This document shows, in pieces, positions 60,098 through 64,000 of a stretch of DNA of 64,000 bases (its first letter is position 1; each line of letters begins with the position of its first letter). The notes below the pieces were generated by a model. It did not search any database and was not told the origin of the DNA. It saw only the letters and a list, made by a program, of their open reading frames with translations. The stretch covers positions 1,943,984 through 2,007,983 of the forward strand of contig CAXXSR010000001.1 of NCBI GenBank assembly GCA_963662615.2, in the 5' to 3' direction. A program made the translations under genes and the position numbers. This DNA is from Dehalococcoidia bacterium. GTDB taxonomy: Bacteria > Chloroflexota > Dehalococcoidia > Bin125.

Positions 60098-61222
60098 TGT
60101 GGTGTCTCAAAACTCCGTCACGCGGCCTCCCAGGCATACTCGTGATGGAGGCCACCGAGGATCGGTCGGCTCGTGAGTCGCACGGGTCCGGGAGGGCGAT
60201 GGGCATGCCGTGGCCCATCCGGCGGTTCGTCTCCCAGCGACTGGTGGGGTCGGGTGGTGTTGTAGTACTCGACGTATTCCTGCAAGACGTGCCGGAGGTG
60301 GCGCTCGCTCAGCACGAGGACGTGGTCGAGACAGTCCCGCCGGAGGGTGCCGATGACGCGCTCCGCGATCGCGTTCGCTTGGGGGGCCCGCACCGGGGAC
60401 AGCACCGTCGTGATCCCCATCGCCGCCGCCCGGCGCACGAAATCGCCGCCGTAGCAGCGGTCCCGGTCCCGAAGGAGAAAACGCGGCTGCACGCCCCAGG
60501 GCGTCGCTTCGCGAATCTGCTGCCAGACCCAGCCCTGGGTCGGATGACGGGTCACGTTCCAATGCACCAGGCGCCGGCGATCATGGCTGATCAGCACGAA
60601 GACGTAGCAGGTGCGGAACGGCAGCGTCTGTACGGTGAAAAAGTCCGCCGCCCAAATCTCGGACGCGTGCAGGCGCAGAAAGGTCCGCCAACTGGGCGAG
60701 GGAGGGCGGTCCCCGCGATACCGCTGCACCGTTGCCGCGCTGACCGGATGGCCCAGCACCGCCAGCTCGGCCGCGATGCGCCGCACGCCCCAGGTCGGAT
60801 TCTCCGCCTCGATCCGGACGATCAGGCAGCGGATGATGGGATCGATGCGCGGACGACCCCTAGGTCGTCCGCGGCTCTTCCAACCCCAGTAGCGTCGCCA
60901 CGCCGTCCGGTGCCAACCGACCACGGTGGCGGGCTGCACCAGCTGGACATGCCGACGCCACCCCCGCCAGTGCCGCGCGGTCACGGACCAGAAGCGCCGA
61001 TCCGCGGCCGCCAACGTCGGGTGCCGTCCCGTGCGCTCCCAGACCGCCAGCTGTTGCCGCAGCACCAGGTTCTCTAGGACCAAGTCCCGGCGTCGGCGCC
61101 CCGTCAGGCGCAACGCGATCAGAAAGAGCCGCCAATAGATCCACATCGCCGTGCCTCCGCCTGGAGGCTCCGGCGATCAAAGCATTTAGGCAATGCCGAT
61201 CGACTTCTGAGACACCACAGCC
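60095..61222 (-). mobile_element. Insertion sequence (rve/DDE integrase-core type, IS481/IS3-like) with terminal IRs
   Basis: GGCTGTGGTGTCTCA ... TGAGACACCACAGCC, a perfect 15-bp IR. No target duplication visible. Confidence 0.85.
60118..61146 (-). CDS. Transposase (integrase core domain)
   Basis: ENLVLRQQL, ENPTWG..RI, WAADFF, LLRDRD, PQANAIAER.IGTLRRDCLD, YYNTTRPH, LGGLHHEY. Confidence 0.9.
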   Translation of the reverse strand: MWIYWRLFLIALRLTGRRRRDLVLENLVLRQQLAVWERTGRHPTLAAADRRFWSVTARHWRGWRRHVQLVQPATVVGWHRTAWRRYWGWKSRGRPRGRPRIDPIIRCLIVRIEAENPTWGVRRIAAELAVLGHPVSAATVQRYRGDRPPSPSWRTFLRLHASEIWAADFFTVQTLPFRTCYVFVLISHDRRRLVHWNVTRHPTQGWVWQQIREATPWGVQPRFLLRDRDRCYGGDFVRRAAAMGITTVLSPVRAPQANAIAERVIGTLRRDCLDHVLVLSERHLRHVLQEYVEYYNTTRPHQSLGDEPPDGPRHAHRPPGPVRLTSRPILGGLHHEYAWEAA

Positions 61223-61676
61223 CGAACCTGCGGGACGAGTAGGGGCACAGCTCGGCGAACACCATGCGGGTCGTGGCGAACTCCTGCTCCATCTCGGGAT
61301 GCATCTCGACGCCCATCGCCTGTGCGGCCAGCCTCACGAACGGCCGGTAGAAGCGTGGATTCCAATGGTCGTTCTTGTTGAGCCAGCGCCAGTGGTCCCA
61401 GTACGTCTGCTCGGTGTAGCGCTGGGCGAGGTGCCGCTCTTCGTCTTCCTCCCGGCGGGCCTGGTTCAGGGAGACGAGCACCCACTGGCGCGGCGGCACG
61501 GCCTCGACATCACCGACAAACCAGGGTGGCGGCAGGCCGCGTGCCGGAACGCCGAAGGCGTCGGGGCCGGTCAGCCCCAGTTCGCGATTCAGAGCGCTGA
61601 CGTGGCTGGTCCAGTCCTCGCGGAAGTTCTCGTCGCGCAGCTGCCGCAGCTCGCGGAACCATGGAGTAGGCACCAC
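61223..61676 (-). pseudogene. Uracil-DNA-glycosylase-superfamily-like protein truncated by the IS
   Basis: PPPWFVGD...VLVSLNQA...FAELCPYSS. The frame runs into the IS end. Confidence 0.4.
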
Positions 61677-61919
61677 GGAATCATACGGGCGCGCATCGGG
61701 TCCCCCAGGGCGCTCCGCGGTGGGCGGATGCTTGAATGCTTCGGACGCTCGCAGGCCGGTGTGGGCCCCGCCGATCCCTCCAACCCGGCCCTGGGGCGCC
61801 AGGAACACCGCGACGCCCCGTCGGAGCGTGCGTATACGGGGCGCGACGGGCTTCGCCCCCGCTCGGTGAACGACGCGCACCTCGCCTCCAATGCGACAGC
61901 ACCTGTCGCCACGACTTGG

Positions 61920-63597
61920 AGATGGGGCAAGTCAGTCCACGTCAGGGTCACCGAGTCCTGCGTGGAGGAAAGGAAGCCGTCAGGTTCTGAGGCGGTGGCG
62001 GGGGACATAGCACATCGTTGGTCGCGCCAGTCAGGCCGGGAGGACTTTCACTGATGCGCAGCATCAGAAGGTCTCCGTCATTCCAAGACCGCTCGCATAC
62101 CCCCCAGGTCAGCGCGCGCGTGCGGCCCTCCTCAACAACGTCGACAGCGTCGTCGAAATCCAGCCGCAGCACGACCGTCCCGTCTAGGGCGATGAAGTCG
62201 ATGTGATGGCCTGTGGGCCTCCCGGGCGGATCAATCTGCATCTCGACCCTTGCTGACTCCCACCGGATCCGCTTGATGTCTGTTGTGCCCACCCCCTCGA
62301 TGGCAAACGACGCCGGCTTCAAAACACCACGTGAGCCGTCGGCGCCTACCGCCGCGCCAATCACCACCGGATCGAAGAACGCCTCGTGAACAGTGCCCTC
62401 GGGTGCCGTCACGGTCATCGTCATTTCGTAGGTGAAGACGTGATTGCAGGGAATGAAGGCCAACAGAAGGTAATTGTTATTGACCTTGTATTCTCCTGCG
62501 GGAATCGGCCGCGCAGAGACCACGGTCTGGGTGAATGTAAATGCAGAGCGCTCTGGTACGAGGTCGCCAGTCACGACATCGAATAGGGCAGAGTCCCGTC
62601 CATCGAACCAGAGCCTTGATCTCTGTTCAGTTGATTCGGCGCTGACGACTTCGTCTTCATAGATCGTGGTGCCGGCGGGCTGGCCGGAGTCGAATTCATG
62701 TGTAGGATGCGTGACGTAGACTCGCCGACCCTCACCCTCGGCTATGAAGTACCTATCCTCGCGCTCATTCTGATATTTAAACCGGACGCATTCTTTGTAT
62801 TCTTCCGAGCCGTCGCTGGCGCTAAGCTCAGCGGTAACAGCTGCGAGCCGCTGTTTCAGGTCGCCCAGCGTTATCGTTGGACCCGCCGGTGTGCTCGCGC
62901 CACTTGCGCCTGCACCGGCTGGGTCCGTCGGGACGGCCAGGAGGAACTCCTGGCCGTCCCGCACGGTCCCGCTCTGGCCGGTAGCGCCCGAAGCGATCTC
63001 GGTCGCCGGCAGCCACAACTTACTGTATTCGCTGGACAGGCTGTAGCCGTCCCGGTGGGGCTGAGAGAAACCGAACGACAGGTAGTAATGGTTGTCACCC
63101 TGCAATGTAGGTAAGACATCAAGGGGAAAAGCCTGAGCATCACCCAGGTCTTGCAGGAAGAAGACCGCCTCCCGATTGTCCCATTGCGTATCCCTTCGGG
63201 CGCGGATGTCGGGCAACGCGTCTTCGGCTTCCTGGCGGGTGCCGAATTCATCGGCTGCGACCCATATCGCCGTGATGTTGTCGGCACCTGTCCCATTCAG
63301 GTACTCACCGACTTCAAGGTCGAACTTCAAGGCAGCGTAGTAGTTACCCTCAAACCTCCCCGCCCCGGCGACCACCTCGGTGGACTCGGAGGTCATCCGA
63401 GCTCTGACGACGGTGGGGTAGTTGGCGATCCTCTCTTCGAGCGAGGTCTCTCCTCGAGGGAAGACTCGCGAAGAATGGCTCCTGTCCGTGGCCAGAGTTT
63501 CGGCAGGAACCGCATCGTCGGGCGTATTGCTTCCCGTGCCCTGGCTGCACGCCAGCAGCAGCATCCCCGTCAAGAGAGCGATGAGGATTATTCGCAT
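61920..63597 (-). CDS. Lipoprotein of unknown function, frameshifted at the start of an FN3 domain
   Basis: MRIILIALL...LLLAC lipobox with GGGAG RBS. Ends PPPPQNLTAS and continues in another frame as STQDSVTLTW. In-frame stop at 61948. Confidence 0.65.
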
Positions 63598-63944
63598 CGT
63601 GGTTCTCCCTAGTGGGTCGTATGAAGGATAAGGGAGAACGTCGGCCATTTTGGGAATTGTGGGACGAGGTTCGGGTCGATCCGTGACCTGCCCGCGCGAG
63701 TCGTCCGATGGCGGGCTCCATTCGTCTGTTCGCGGGCGGCCACCTCCGAGCGGATGCACAGCGCTGTCCGGCATGCCGCAGGGCACGCGCGCCCGCCGTA
63801 GGCTGCAGGGATGAATGCAAGCGACCGCAAAGGGCGCTTCCCCGGGCTGTGGGGGCTCATTATTCCGTGCGGTCTGCCTCCCCAGATAGGAAAGCCATGC
63901 GCTGGCCGCAGGCGCCGTGGGACCTCTGCTTGGGAAGCAGCGGG

Positions 63945-64000
63945 TTAACCGGTCCCGTTCGACCTCGCCAGAAACCGCGCCGCGGGGCTGAACGCGGCGT
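63945..64000 (-). CDS. C-terminus of a third paralogous tyrosine integrase (runs off the right edge)
   Basis: Minus strand reads ...AAFSPAARFLARSNGTG*, matching HAAFSPAARLLSS* of copy 1. Confidence 0.75.
   Translation of the reverse strand, partial: AAFSPAARFLARSNGTG

Larger units (their letters stand above)
53959..64000 (-). mobile_element. Third tandem island (integrase 3 at right edge) with decayed defence cargo
   Basis: Left end is the tRNA-Lys fragment; right end holds the C-terminus of a third paralogous integrase. Confidence 0.65.

Overview
High-GC bacterial window, probably Chloroflexota/Dehalococcoidia-like. This is inferred from a Gram-positive-type SOS box, LLM and F420-type oxidoreductases, and kelch, FN3, FG-GAP and CHRD proteins. 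Bases 1 to ~33,700 are mostly intact housekeeping and metabolic genes. They include an aldo/keto reductase, an RraA-type aldolase, a J-domain/flavin-reductase fusion next to an indoleamine 2,3-dioxygenase, and a LexA-boxed imuB-small ORF-dnaE2 mutagenesis cassette. They also include ppdK, a two-component pair, an orphan nuoI, frdABCD, a TPP enzyme, a fused full-length ABC exporter, and a twin-protease plus pseudo-receiver LuxR module. From ~33,800 onward the window is an accessory region. It holds a tandem array of islands carrying closely related tyrosine integrases (two complete, a third entering at the right edge), separated by 3' fragments of tRNA-Lys(TTT). About 15 copies of a 34-52 bp palindromic repeat lie in the spacers between single-gene modules (34.2-51.5 kb). 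A DUF3179 lipoprotein has an in-frame UGA in a UxxC motif plus a SECIS-like hairpin, and is probably a selenoprotein. The region also contains many joined gene fragments: Type ISP and Type I RM, a DUF1998 helicase, an AVAST-like nuclease, a UDG-like protein, dnaE2 and IS remnants. All calls come from reading motifs by eye; no database search was run.
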